This document shows positions 28,698 to 40,800 of a stretch of 64,000 bases of DNA, piece by piece. Under the pieces are notes generated by a model, which saw nothing but the letters and a program-made list of their open reading frames with translations, was not told where the DNA came from and did no database searches. Within the stretch, counting starts at the first letter, position 1, and every line of letters starts with the position of its first letter. The DNA lies in the NCBI RefSeq assembly GCF_009914755.1, contig NC_060945.1. The stretch is one strand, 5' to 3'. The position numbers and the translations under genes were made by a program. This stretch comes from the human T2T-CHM13v2.0 reference genome, Homo sapiens.

Positions 28698-29939
28698 ATA
28701 TGTATACATAAAGTTTTAAAAGCTGATTTAATCATGTCCCTTCTGTCAAGAGAATGGAATAAATAGACTATGTGTGGAATGTGTTCATGGTAATACTCTA
28801 TTGCTTTGAGGCTGGTTCCTCTTATCATGTTATTACTGCTCATTCTTGAATGGGTGATTTAATCAGAGGTTTTTAAGATAAAAGAACATAGTGAAGGTTC
28901 TGCATATAGAGTTTTCCCAGTTTCACAACATGCAGCTATTTAGCATAGGTGTTTCTATAACTGTTATAACACTGCCAGCTTTTGATTTTGTTTATAGTGC
29001 CGTGGGGATCCACTGCAGCCTGTGGCATCACAGACAAGGCAGCATCTGGCGCTGTGAGATGGGAGAGGAGAATTCTAGTTGTAGAGTACTAAAACATTTG
29101 CTAGCACAAATCTGCTCAGGATTTCCTTTTCTCCCTCCCCATGGTAATTTTGTTTTTCTCCATTTATACAAAGTGTAAATAGATCAAAAACCCGTTTATT
29201 GAAGAATCACAAACAGCAAAGTGAGAAATCTAATTTAGAAGAATAAGCCCATTCTGTGCCCAAACATTTTTTTGTGTTTTTTTTTTATTCATGCAGTTTG
29301 GCATTATCTAACATTTGGTTTTTCCTTCATTATACTGAGAAACATTTTAGTCATCTTATATAGTTCTCTGATAATTTTTTTCTTTCAGAGGTCATATTGA
29401 GAAGCTATGCCTTTTTCATCCTTTATAGAAGTGATATTCTTGGAACACACTCTGCTTGCTATTCTTCTAATATCTACAAAAATATACAAAAGAGATAATG
29501 AAATATTTATAATGAAACATTGTACTACAAATTAAGTTTCATTGGAGTGAAATAGAAGCCTATCTCAGAGTATGATTCCATTGGACAATATGGTCATTAT
29601 ATATATATATTTTCCTATATTACTTTGCTCTAATTGTACTATGATTTATTTCTATAATTTCACATACTTAGTTCTTCTACATGTAAATTATATATGAATT
29701 GCATTTTATATTTTGAATATTTATAAATAAATACTAATCTATAATTTTCTTTGAAGCAAATTTTTTCCAGTTATAAAAACACAAATGCTATGAAATAAAG
29801 CAGAATCACTTCAGTACTAGTTAATAGATTCTTCTCCGGTGGCTGTAAGAGGCATTTTCTTGTTTATTGACACTTTATGGCATACGTTTTTGGGTTAGAT
29901 TCTTAATAAAATGGATGTAACTGTCAGTCCAAGAAACAT

Positions 29940-30275
29940 ATCTTTTCTACAGACATGTTTAGTTTGATTTTACAGTGTTAAAAATAGCGCCACTAACATT
30001 CAAAAGTTGGAAGATTTCACATAAACATGTTAAAATAAGGCTTCTCTTGAAAAAAAATGGGAAATGCTGGTTGTAATAGACCCTAATTTTAACCTGGCAA
30101 CACTTGGCTGCAGTTGAATGGCAATGTTTACTTCAGTTGGCAGTGCCCACCATATTCTCTGGTGACATAGTGAATGCTTACAAACTTCAACTCAGCCTTT
30201 TGAGTTTTTTTTTTTCTTTTTCCTATTTAAACAAACAACAAGGTCCCAGTAGAGACTTGAGTTTGGGAATCCTGC
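29940..30275. mobile_element. MER102-like hAT fossil
   Basis: GATTTCACATAAA..GGCTTCTCTTGAAAAA..GGCAACA..TTGAGTTTG..CCTG. Confidence 0.5.
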
Positions 30276-30332
30276 CCAAACAGATTTTGTTTATTATCAT
30301 TGTTACTTTTTTTTGCTTTTGCTTTTACACAG

Positions 30333-30338
30333 TCTAAG
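30333..30338 (+). other. candidate 6-nt microexon TCTAAG
   Basis: TTTTTTTTGCTTTTGCTTTTACACAG|TCTAAG|GTAAGT. Confidence 0.3.
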
Positions 30339-30744
30339 GTAAGTATCCTTCAGTTCAAACAATCAGAGGTATTCTGGTCAAGCTTCCTGAAAAATTAGAT
30401 GAAACTTTCATTCAATAAGATCATAATTCACTATATTTTTTCTTTAATTTTTATACAATTATTCTTATACAAACCGTTCATTAATAAAAATAAAATGTAA
30501 CACGTTTAAAATTTAAAAGTACATGTTTCATTCACAAAGAACATTTTGATGTAATATATTCCAGATCACTCACATAGGTTAAAAAATATTTAAAACAGAC
30601 TTTTAACAGTCAGCAATATGCTGGTAACATTACATATATATGTATGTATAAATGAATATTTATTTATTTTTAAAGTGATTATAGTCTAGTGACTAATTTA
30701 CAACATATGTTTACAATGAAAATATAAACCCATTCGATGCCAAA

Positions 30745-31100
30745 ATAATACATGACTGCATTATCATTTTAATGGCTATATAATATTCTATTTCATGGAT
30801 ATTAAAAAGAATTACTACTATGGACTACAACGGATCTTCCATTATGAGCATTCAGATTCCATGGACGTTTTTGCTATTAGGAACATTGCTTCCTGGACAT
30901 CACTAATGCAGAAATTTCCCAGCTGTGCTTAGTTATTACCTGGAGATAAATTCTTGATGAAATTTAGCCCGATGAAAGTACCCATATTTCGAAGACTCTA
31001 ATGCCTGTTATCACATTGCACTTAGAAATATTACAACGATTCACACTTCTACCAACAGCATATGAGGAAACCAACTTCTCCTCACCACATAGTGGTATTA
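30745..31100 (-). mobile_element. degraded L1M fragment
   Basis: TTTTAATGGCTATATAATATTCTATT..TTCACACTTCTACCAACAGCATATGAG. Confidence 0.55.
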
Positions 31101-31459
31101 GCATTCCATTAACAGAGAGGTATTCACTTAATGAGGTTTTAGAATACAGAAAACTAATTTGTAAATAGCAGTCCCGATGTTATTTCAGCACAGGGATGTG
31201 TCCATTAAAGTCCGTGGTGTCCAATCATTCATTTTGCATGAGTGCTATGGCAGAGTGATCAAGGCCCCGTGACCTAGGGTGAGTTCTGGAGACAATCTGC
31301 CCAGATTTAAGTGTAGCATTACTGCTTACTAGCAGTACTATTTCAATTGCAGACTACTTATTTTGTCTCTTTTTTGTGCTTTTAGAAAATGCAAAATATC
31401 TTACAGAGTACGTAAAATGAAAACTTTTATAATATCATAATATATATTATTTACTTTTC

Positions 31460-31583
31460 TTTTTCATTATACTTTAAGTTCTAGGGTACATGTGCACAAC
31501 GTGCAGGTTTGTTACATAGGTATACATGTGCCATGTTGGTTTGCTGCTCCCATCAACTCGTCATTTACATTAGGTATTTCTTC
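31460..31583 (-). mobile_element. short L1PA 3' end with TSD
   Basis: L1PA 3' UTR; TSD TA(T)TATTTACTTTTC / TATGATTTACTTTTC. Confidence 0.9.
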
Positions 31584-31669
31584 TATGATTTACTTTTCAA
31601 TGAAGTAGGTAAAGACTAGTTTACATACCTAAAACATATCATTCAGAGTTATATTATTAGCAAACATGA

Positions 31670-32029
<360 letters not shown>

Positions 32030-32429
32030 TAGGACTTCATTTTTAAATGCACATAATTTCAACAAAACTAAAGAGAGTTTCAAAAGGAGATTTACAACAG
32101 ATTTTAAAAGGTCCATCATATGCTGGTAATATCTCCTACTTAATGTTAACAAACAATTAGTGAGTTATTTTGCATTAATTTATAAAAATGTGAAACATTC
32201 TTAAGACTTTTTAAAGCAATTGCTTTAAAAATTATTCTCAGTTTTAAATTTTCAAATACATTCAGACATTTAATTAGACATATTTAGGAACTCTAGGGCC
32301 TGAAAAAGAAAGAAAGCAATGAGTAGTCCATCTTTGTAAAAAAGGAAACATTAGTAAATTGAATACAAGATAAAGACTTAGTAGAAGAAAAAGATAGCAA
32401 GTATTCCTTAGAAACTCACTACCATTATG

Positions 32430-32620
32430 TTAGCCCCTAGTCAGGTTTAGTTTTTTAAATTTACATTTACAGTAATTAAAGTTAAATTAAATGAAAACTT
32501 CCTTTCTCAAGTTCCCTAGCCATATTTTAAGTTCTCAATTGCCATATGTGGCCAGTACGTACTGCATTGGACAAGGAATTACAGAATATTTTACATAATT
32601 GCAGATAGCATTTTATTAGA
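32430..32620. mobile_element. MER33/MER3-like hAT fossil
   Basis: CTAGCCATATTTTAAGTTCTCAATTGCCATATGTGGC..ATTGGACA. Confidence 0.7.
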
Positions 32621-33687
32621 ACACAAAACAACGTTTAATGGGGGAAAAGTATCACATCGTTCATAGTCAAAATGTTATTGCCAAATCATCACTTTTTTCA
32701 GAGTTCTTTTCTCAAGAAAAGTGCAAGAAATAAAACAGTGAAGTAAATACAGGACACATTAGAAAAACAGTTCAAGTAATTTAGATTCTACCACCTTTAA
32801 AGGTGGTATAGACAGGTAGACAGATGATGAATAGAGATAGACAGGTAGGAATATGAAATTACAGTGTAGAATGGTTTTGATAATTAAATAAAATCAAGTA
32901 AAATAGTGCATGTAAAATGTAGCTGGTACAATATAACTATGTTATACTGTGTGTTAAAAAATGAGAATTCTTTTTAACACTATTTACTGAAAGTGACTAA
33001 AATACAATTCTTGATATTCAATTAACTAGATGAAAAGAGAGTTAAAAGAAACTTATTCTAGACCTAAAGCTCCATTACCATGTGACAGAAAATGTGATAT
33101 TTATTTCCATAGTATTGTATGTGTGGAAAACTCAAAACTGTAAGCAAATGTGACTTCTATCAAAAATGCTGTATTTGAAGGATGGAAACGGCATCCATGG
33201 CTCTGATTCAATACTGGCTTCAATGGTAACGTCAATACTGAGGATGAACTAATGTAAACTGGCTTTAGCTAAGCATTCTACTTAAAGTCAGAATTAGGCC
33301 TAGATCCCAGATTTTCTAACAAGCTCTGGCAAATAGATACTCTAATTATATTTTTGGCCTCTGCAACATTATGAGTAATTTGTTAATTCTACATATATTA
33401 TTTGTCTAATATGTGATTTGCATTCTGTGGAAATGAAAAATATCTCTGTCCTTATGGGGCTTATATATTTATGGAGCAGCAGTCAAATTGGTAAGCAAAA
33501 TTTGTAAATAAATTAATGAGATAATTTTACATTATAGTCTATAATGCACTTTCAGATATAGTAACATTAGGAATAGACAACACTTAACCTAAGGCTAATA
33601 AACCTTTAAGGATTTGACTAAGCTTACACTTCATTCAGTGGCAGATCTGAGTATCTACTATGAGAGTTTTAACTGCATGCATGATAT

Positions 33688-34057
33688 TTTTCTTAGTCTG
33701 TTCAAACTGTTAGAACAAAATACCATATACCGAGTGGCTTATGCACAAGAAAAACTTATTTCTCACAGTTCTAGAGGCTAGGAAGTCCAAGACCAGGGTA
33801 CTGGTAGGGCAGATCTGATGTCTGGTGAGGGCACTGTTTCTTTTCATAGGCTGCATCTTCCAACTGTGTCCTCACATGGTAGAAGGGATGAGCTAGCTCC
33901 TTGGGGTCTCATTTATAAGGGCACTAATCTTACTTATCAGCGCTTTGTCCTCATTACCTAATCACCTCCCAAAGGCCACACTTCCTAATACCATCATCTT
34001 GGTGGTTAGGTTTTAACGTATGAATTTTGGAGGGACACAAATATTGAATCTATAGCA
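33688..34057 (-). mobile_element. MLT1A0 solo LTR
   Basis: TCTTAGTCTGTTC...GGGACACAAATATTGAATCTATAGCA. Confidence 0.85.
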
Positions 34058-34524
34058 GTATTCTAGTATGATAATATATTTAATTTCAGGATAAGGCATC
34101 TAAAAGAAATCATTAAAGATCGAATTCATATATTAATAGTTTGATTTTCTTACGGGAAGATAAATATAAGTTACACAAATCTTTTCTTGTTCAGTGCCTT
34201 AAAATCTCCCTAAATGAAGATTTATAATTTAACTTGGTAGTAAACTTTGTGATTTTGCAACTCCAGCATTCAAGGCAATACTATATCTAAGGGAGAAAAT
34301 CAATTTTAATGTAATTTTATTCTTTTTTTTTAATTTCTGAGATCTTTAGTTGCATAGCACAAAATCGAGAATCAACCCACACTAGGGTTGAGTTTTATAT
34401 GACTAGGTTTTGTGTTTCTTTGGCATTGTTGGTTTTTGTTTATCCTCTATTCCTGATTTCATCTTTCTTTTCTGAGATATGTCCCAAATGCACTGACGTT
34501 TTCTTTCTTCCAAGCCATTTGCTA

Positions 34525-34599
34525 CATATATATATATACACACACATACATATATATACGCATATATATACATACATATACATATATACATATATGTAT
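34525..34599. repeat. mixed (TA)n/(CA)n microsatellite
   Basis: direct observation. Confidence 0.9.
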
Positions 34600-34883
34600 C
34601 CTTGAAATAGATATTGTTTTTATTAAAATATATTCTTGTAGTTATAATTAATAATTAAATAAAGAGGATTTTGTTCTTCAGTATTAGGCTTAGAGGGGCT
34701 TATTTTATTCTAGGTATATTGTCACTAAGAAATACCTAAAATATAAGAAAAACGTGTCATGGGCAAAAGACAAAACACCGTGCGTCAGTCTGAAGCACTG
34801 AAACCGGATGCACATCCACATCTATTGACAAGTTTCAGTCTTTTGGTGTTTCTCAGAATAACAGAACACACCCAGTTAGCCTC

Positions 34884-35447
34884 TATATTAGTTTCCTATT
34901 GCTGGCATCACAAATTATCATGTACTCAGTTGCTTAAAACAATGCATATTTATTCCATTCTGGTTCTGTAGGTCAGAATTCTGACACTGGTCTCAGTGTG
35001 CTAAAATCAAGGTGTCAATAGTGCTGTGTTCCTTTCTGAGGACTCTAGAGAATGTGTTGCTGGCTCTTTCAGGTAGTTAGCAGAGTTCAGTTCCTTGAGG
35101 TTATAAACTGCTGGTTTTTCACAGAGTCCAGAAACTGCCCGCATCCTTTGGCTTATGGCTCCTTTTTCTCCGAAGCCAGCAAAGGTAGGCTGAGTTTCTC
35201 TCATGCTTAGAATCTCTCTTGCCTCTTTTCTGGGCATCTCTCTGACTCAAGCTCTGGAATGTTCTTTGGTTTTTAAGAGTTTTTGTGATTACATTGGAAT
35301 CCACTGTGTAACCAGGGATAATCACTTCGTTTCAAGATCCCTAATCACATCTGCAGAGTTCCTTTTGCCATATAACACATTCACAGGTGTCAGGGATTAA
35401 GGAATTGACATCCTAAGGTTGATGAGTTCATTATTTGGCCTACCAGA
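34884..35447 (-). mobile_element. MLT1D/E-type LTR
   Basis: ATTAGTTTCCTATTGCTG..GCTAAAATCAAGGTGTCA..GCCTACCA. Confidence 0.8.
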
Positions 35448-35474
35448 GCTGCTGCTTCTTATTTGTTTATTAAT

Positions 35475-36445
35475 AAGTAAACAGACTTTATTTTTCAGAG
35501 TAGTTTTGTATTTATGAAAAATTGAGGAGAAAGTCCAGAGTTCCCATACATCCTTCTCCAATCTACCTTCCTCCTCCCCAGTTTTTCCTGTTACTAATAT
35601 TTTGCGTTAGTATGGTACATTTGTTAGCATTGATGAACAAATATTGATATATTATTATTAACTGAAACCCATAGTTTAACTTAGAGTACACTCTTTGTAG
35701 TCTTCAGTTCTATGAGTTTTGACAACTATATAATGTCAGGTAGACACATTGCAATTATAATACAGAATAGTTTCAATTCCCTAATATTTCCCCTCTGCTC
35801 TAGCTAGTCATCCCTTCTTTCTTCTCCTCAATTTCTAGCAACTGCTGACCTTTTTATTGTCACTGTAATTGTGCTTTTCCCAGAATCTCATATAGTTAGA
35901 AACAAACAGTATGTAGTGTTTTCGAACCTGTTTCTTTCACTTGGCATTTAAGATTCCTCTATGTATTCTTTGTGGCTGAATTGTTTATTTCTTTTTATGG
36001 TTGAATAATATTCCATGAAATGTATGCACCCCAGTTTATCTATTCACCTATTAAAAGACATCTCGATTGCTTCCAAGTTTTGGCAATTATGAACAAAGCT
36101 GCTATAAATATTCATAGATGGGCTTTTGTATGGACATAAGTTTTCAACTCATTTGGGTAAATACCAAGGAGCACAATTGCTGGATCATATGGTAGGACTA
36201 TTTTTAGCTTTGTAAAGAACTGCCAAGCTGCCTTACAATGTGGCTGTAGCATTTTGCATTCCCATCAGCAATTAGTGAGAGTTCCTGCTGCCAGCATTTG
36301 TTATTATCAATGTTTTGGATTTTAGCCATTCTAATAGGTGTGCCATGGTATCTTGTTTTAATTTTCCATTTTAAAAATGTCATATAATGTTTAACATCTT
36401 TTCATATGCTTACTTGACATCTGTATACATTTTTGCACAGCCTGT
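35475..36445 (-). mobile_element. L1MC/MB-type 3' end
   Basis: AGACTTTATTTTTCAGAGTAGTTTT..GGGTAAATACCAAGGAG..GCTGGATCATATGG. Confidence 0.85.
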
Positions 36446-37049
36446 TCTTCAAAAAATAAAACAATTCACTTATTTTCTGAAAAATAAGTAAATGTAATTT
36501 TATGTGCAGATTAGTCACACATACTTGTTAGAACCTACATGGGGATTTCAAAAAGACAGAATCCTGAATCATACAAACCTCTCCCAAATACATCACGACC
36601 AGCTTTAAATCAACAGCAAAGGGTTGCTAGAGGCAAAAGCAGGAAGATTGTGAGGAAGGCTACAAATCTGACAAACTCTACAATAATAGAAGAGAGCTTG
36701 GCAGAAGAAGATGCATGGAGCACCAAAGAAGAGAGTAGCAATGCCTGGATGGCTGGTGCTGGAATGTTTACTGTACACAGATCTGCAAGAGAACTCAACA
36801 GGTAGTGTGGCTTCTCTCTAGTAAGCCTGGGGGCACTAGCTATTGCACCAGAGCAGACTAGAGAACACACTGGCTCCCTGGCTCATCACTTGCCACAGAA
36901 GTATATACTTACAAAGTTGATGCTGCTTTATATACTGTCATACAAAAGCTCTGCCTGAAAAGAAACCAGAGATTTGGAGAACAATACCTAAAATAGGTAA
37001 CCTAAACTTAAGAGCAATTACTGAAGGAGACAGATGGAAATGTTAACAA

Positions 37050-37600
37050 CCATCACTACATAACAGCAGCACTGAAGGAGAGTCCATTACAGTTTCTTAG
37101 ACATCATTTTCTAGTACTACAGCAATAAAAGATATGATCATAATTTAAAAGTCCAAAAGAGGAATTGAAAAAAAACACCATAGATACTCGGAAGTTCAGG
37201 TGGAAGAAATATATCCAAAACAGAGCCAAGGTATGAAGAGTGAGAAATCAGAAAGAAGAGGAAATATAAATGACTTGGAAGACTTCTTGAGAAGACTTTA
37301 TATATGTGAATTTTTGCAGATACTAGAAAATAAACAAGAGAATGAAAAACAAAAAATAAGAAATGAAAAACAAAAAATGTATGTGTCAGGAGTGATATCA
37401 GATCTGCATCTCCCGAGTAAAAGTTCGCATGGACTGAAAGGCAGAATTGATGAAGATATACACCTCTTGGCATATTTTGGTAAATCCTCTAATTCAAATT
37501 TTACAAACTTTCAGAAGAAAAAAACACAACATTTGTGGAGGAAAAAGAAGTAGACTGAACTTGAAGTTCTTAACTAAAATACTGAACACTGTAAAACAAG
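37050..37600 (+). mobile_element. degraded L1/HAL1 ORF1-like fragment
   Basis: A-rich sequence with an ORF1-like E/K-rich peptide (INDLED..RR) in ORF 37200-37553. Confidence 0.45.
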
Positions 37601-37899
37601 TGGATAGTACTACATATTTGTAGTTATATTCAAATTGAGATGAATAGGCTGATGAATCATGTACCTTATCTGCTAAGTAAGTTTTTTTAATTGAAAAGAT
37701 GAAATATATGACAGGGAAAACATAGTGACAGTCAATTAAAAGAACTATGCTTCCAAATAAAAAAAGCTTTAAGAAGTCTTCTTGGAGTGGGATTGGGGAA
37801 GCTTACATACTTAACTATTCACCTCTGGGCAAGTGAAGGACAGAGTGATAAAAATCATTAGGAAGGCTAAAATGTGAACATTTTTAACCTCAAATATAC

Positions 37900-38168
37900 T
37901 TTTTTTTTTTTTTTTTTTTGAGACAGAGTCTTGCTCTGTCGCCCAGGCTGGAGTGCAGTGGCGCGATCTCAGCTCACTGATCTCCGCCTCCTGGGTTCAC
38001 GCCATTCTCCTGCCTCAGCCTCCCGAGTACCTGGGACTACAGGTGCCCGCCACCACGCCCGGCTAATTTTTTGTATTTTGTTTAGTAAAGACGGGGTTTC
38101 ACCCTGTTAGCCAGGATGGTCTCGATCTCCTGACCTCGAGATCTGCCCGCCTCGGCCTCCCAAAGTGC
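37900..38168 (-). mobile_element. AluY-like, 5'-truncated
   Basis: Y-type GTTAGCCAGGATGGTCTCGATC; TSD CAAATA(T/C)ACTTTTT. Confidence 0.92.
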
Positions 38169-38275
38169 AAATACACTTTTTTATATTTAAGCATGGACAC
38201 CTTGGTTCAATTGTTATGAAATAAAGCAAATAAACATATCATGAAAGATATGATTAGCTATATCAGAGCATGAGT

Positions 38276-38433
38276 AACAACCAGATCTAGTGACAACGCA
38301 CACACTATCACGAGAAGAGCAAGGGTGAAATCTGATCCTATAATTCAATCACCTCTCATCAGACCCCCCCCACCAACACTGGGAATTACAACTCGATATG
38401 AGATTTAGGTGGGTCACAGAGCCAAACCACATC
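38276..38433 (-). mobile_element. MSTA LTR fragment
   Basis: CAACACTGGGAATTACAA..GAGCCAAACCACATCA. Confidence 0.75.
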
Positions 38434-40039
38434 AGGGTATTTGTCTAAGAACAACAATAACAACAAAATTGTTGGTTCTGTTATTAAGAGAAGAATGACA
38501 ATCGGGTAGACAAGTCATAGCCTCTGCCTTACTGGATATGTAAGAAGCCCTTTTAATTAAGTAGGAGAATGATAAAGAGTGCCCCAGTTGAAATTGTGGG
38601 GGATATAGCTATAGAGAAAATACAATGATAAAATTTAAAAATGAACAATAATTATGAAAGTATATCGAAACAGTGGTAATTAATTTAAGATAGCTTTCAG
38701 TGAATTATGCACAAACAATTAACAACTGATAAAAACTCATTATTGGGGAAGTTCTGGAAACTTCCTGGAAAGCCACTTGGCACTATCTAATGAAGTTAAA
38801 TAAGGTACAAATCATATTTCCACTGATTATTTGGTCCCCTGAGATATAAATCAAATAATATTATGAAGATACATTTACTCCAAAGTTAATCACAGCAATA
38901 ACATACAAAAGTGAAAAATTTGAAAATAAATTATAATTATTAAAGGGAGTTAGTTAATAGAGTAAATACATATAAAGAAGCGATTGCAAATATATACATG
39001 TACATACATCTATGCATATCATTTCAGATATATAAATTCTAATTACAGTGTATTGTTAAACAGTACAAACTGCATATATGATAAGACACTACAGTTCTTT
39101 AAAACATAAATGTGTATTTTTATTTATTAATGAAGAATGTAAGTCTGAAAGTGTATGTGCCAAAATGTTAACAATATTCACTTTCTTTTTTTCTATTTTA
39201 TTGTCTGATTTTTAAATTTATATTATGTTTACAACCAGAAAATATAGATATATTCAGGGTAAAATTATGCTTATTTAACATACTTGATATAAATACTAGA
39301 AGAAATTTACAAAAAGGGGAGAAAAATATTTTTCTTGTATTTGAAAAATGTTTCAGAATATTTATTTTGTCCTTTTTTTCTTTTGCTACTTAAAAAAGAA
39401 TGTCTTAACCCTAATCTTCTAAGCAATAGGAATAAGCTATTGAAATATAGGAAGACAACTATTTTGATAAATCAAGCACCTTGTATTTAAAACAAAATTA
39501 AATAAAGATAAAAACTTTTATATTATATATTTAAGTAGATTTTATTTTATATTTAAGTAGTTATACAAAGTTAAATTTTCAAAATTGGTGTCTGACAGAT
39601 ATCTATTTTTTCAGAATAATCATATAATTGACGTATATTTGATAATCACCTAAATGTTCTATGACTGAAAATTTGAAGACACAGAAAAATAGAATTTAAG
39701 GCCCAATAATTGTATTTTGAAAGGTATAGAAAAACATAGATCTAAAAATCTTCTTTTATTTAAAAATATTCTTAATAAATATTTTATGCCTTAGCCTAAA
39801 ATTAGTCGATTTCTCAGCTCAGATGACCTACACAACTTTTTTGGTCTATCCCCGCATGTGTGTCTCTTTCACTGTTTACACTATACTGTATTGCATTCTT
39901 TTGCAACTTACATACAAATTTTACTATGAATATGGCCATAGGCCCTGCTTTAAGGACTTCCCCATTGAAAAATAACCTATGCTTAAAAAAGAAAACGAAG
40001 ATTAAAATTTTAGGTAATTATTTTCTTGTTTTTCATTAG

Positions 40040-40240
40040 TTTTTTCTAAAATAAATTTTGTTGTGTACATTTAAGGTATACATGAAGCTGTGGGATACAC
40101 ATAAAGAGTAAAAAGGTGACCATAGTGAAGCAAATTAACATATTCATCATTTCACATAGGAACACTTTTTGTTTGTTTTTGTGGCAAGAGAAACTAAAAT
40201 CTAATCATTTAGGATTAATCCCATATAGGGTACAATTTTT
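40040..40240 (-). mobile_element. L1MA 3' end
   Basis: GTACATTTAAGGTATACA..ATAGTGAAGCAAATTAACATATTCATCAT. Confidence 0.75.
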
Positions 40241-40399
40241 GTTTGTTCAGACGTTTCTACAATTTGCACAGGTAATAGCTTCATCTGTTTCAAAGTCAAC
40301 TCTAAAAAGAGTAGACAGTTAATATTTTCCTGTTCATATCTGCTTCCAAACCACCTGGTTTCCTTCCTTCCTGGTGAATTCAAATTATCCTTTTTTTTT

Positions 40400-40800
40400 A
40401 AAAAAGTAAACTTTCAGAGATATTTTATGCAGCAAGGAAACAAGCGTACATATTTTTCTCCTCTTTTAAGAAAACAGTATTGTTCACACTGTTCTGCACC
40501 TTGGTTTTTAACTTAATATTCATAGGAAATCATTCCATATCAATACCCAAAGGACTTCCTCATTCTTTTTCATAAACACACTTTATCTATGTGAGAATGT
40601 ATCAAATCTGTTTCACCAGATCCCTAAAAATGACATTTAGTATGCTTCCAATTATTTGGAAGACATATTTGCTTCCATTACAAATAATGGTACAGTAAAT
40701 AGCCACATAAATAGTCATTTCCCACATATCTTAGTATATTTATAAGATAAATTTCTGGAAGCAAACTTTCTGAGTCAAAGGATACATTCTTGTTATTATA
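40400..40800 (-). mobile_element. L1ME-type fragment
   Basis: CACTGTTCTGCACCTTG..TTCCATATCA..TGAGTCAAAGG. Confidence 0.55.
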
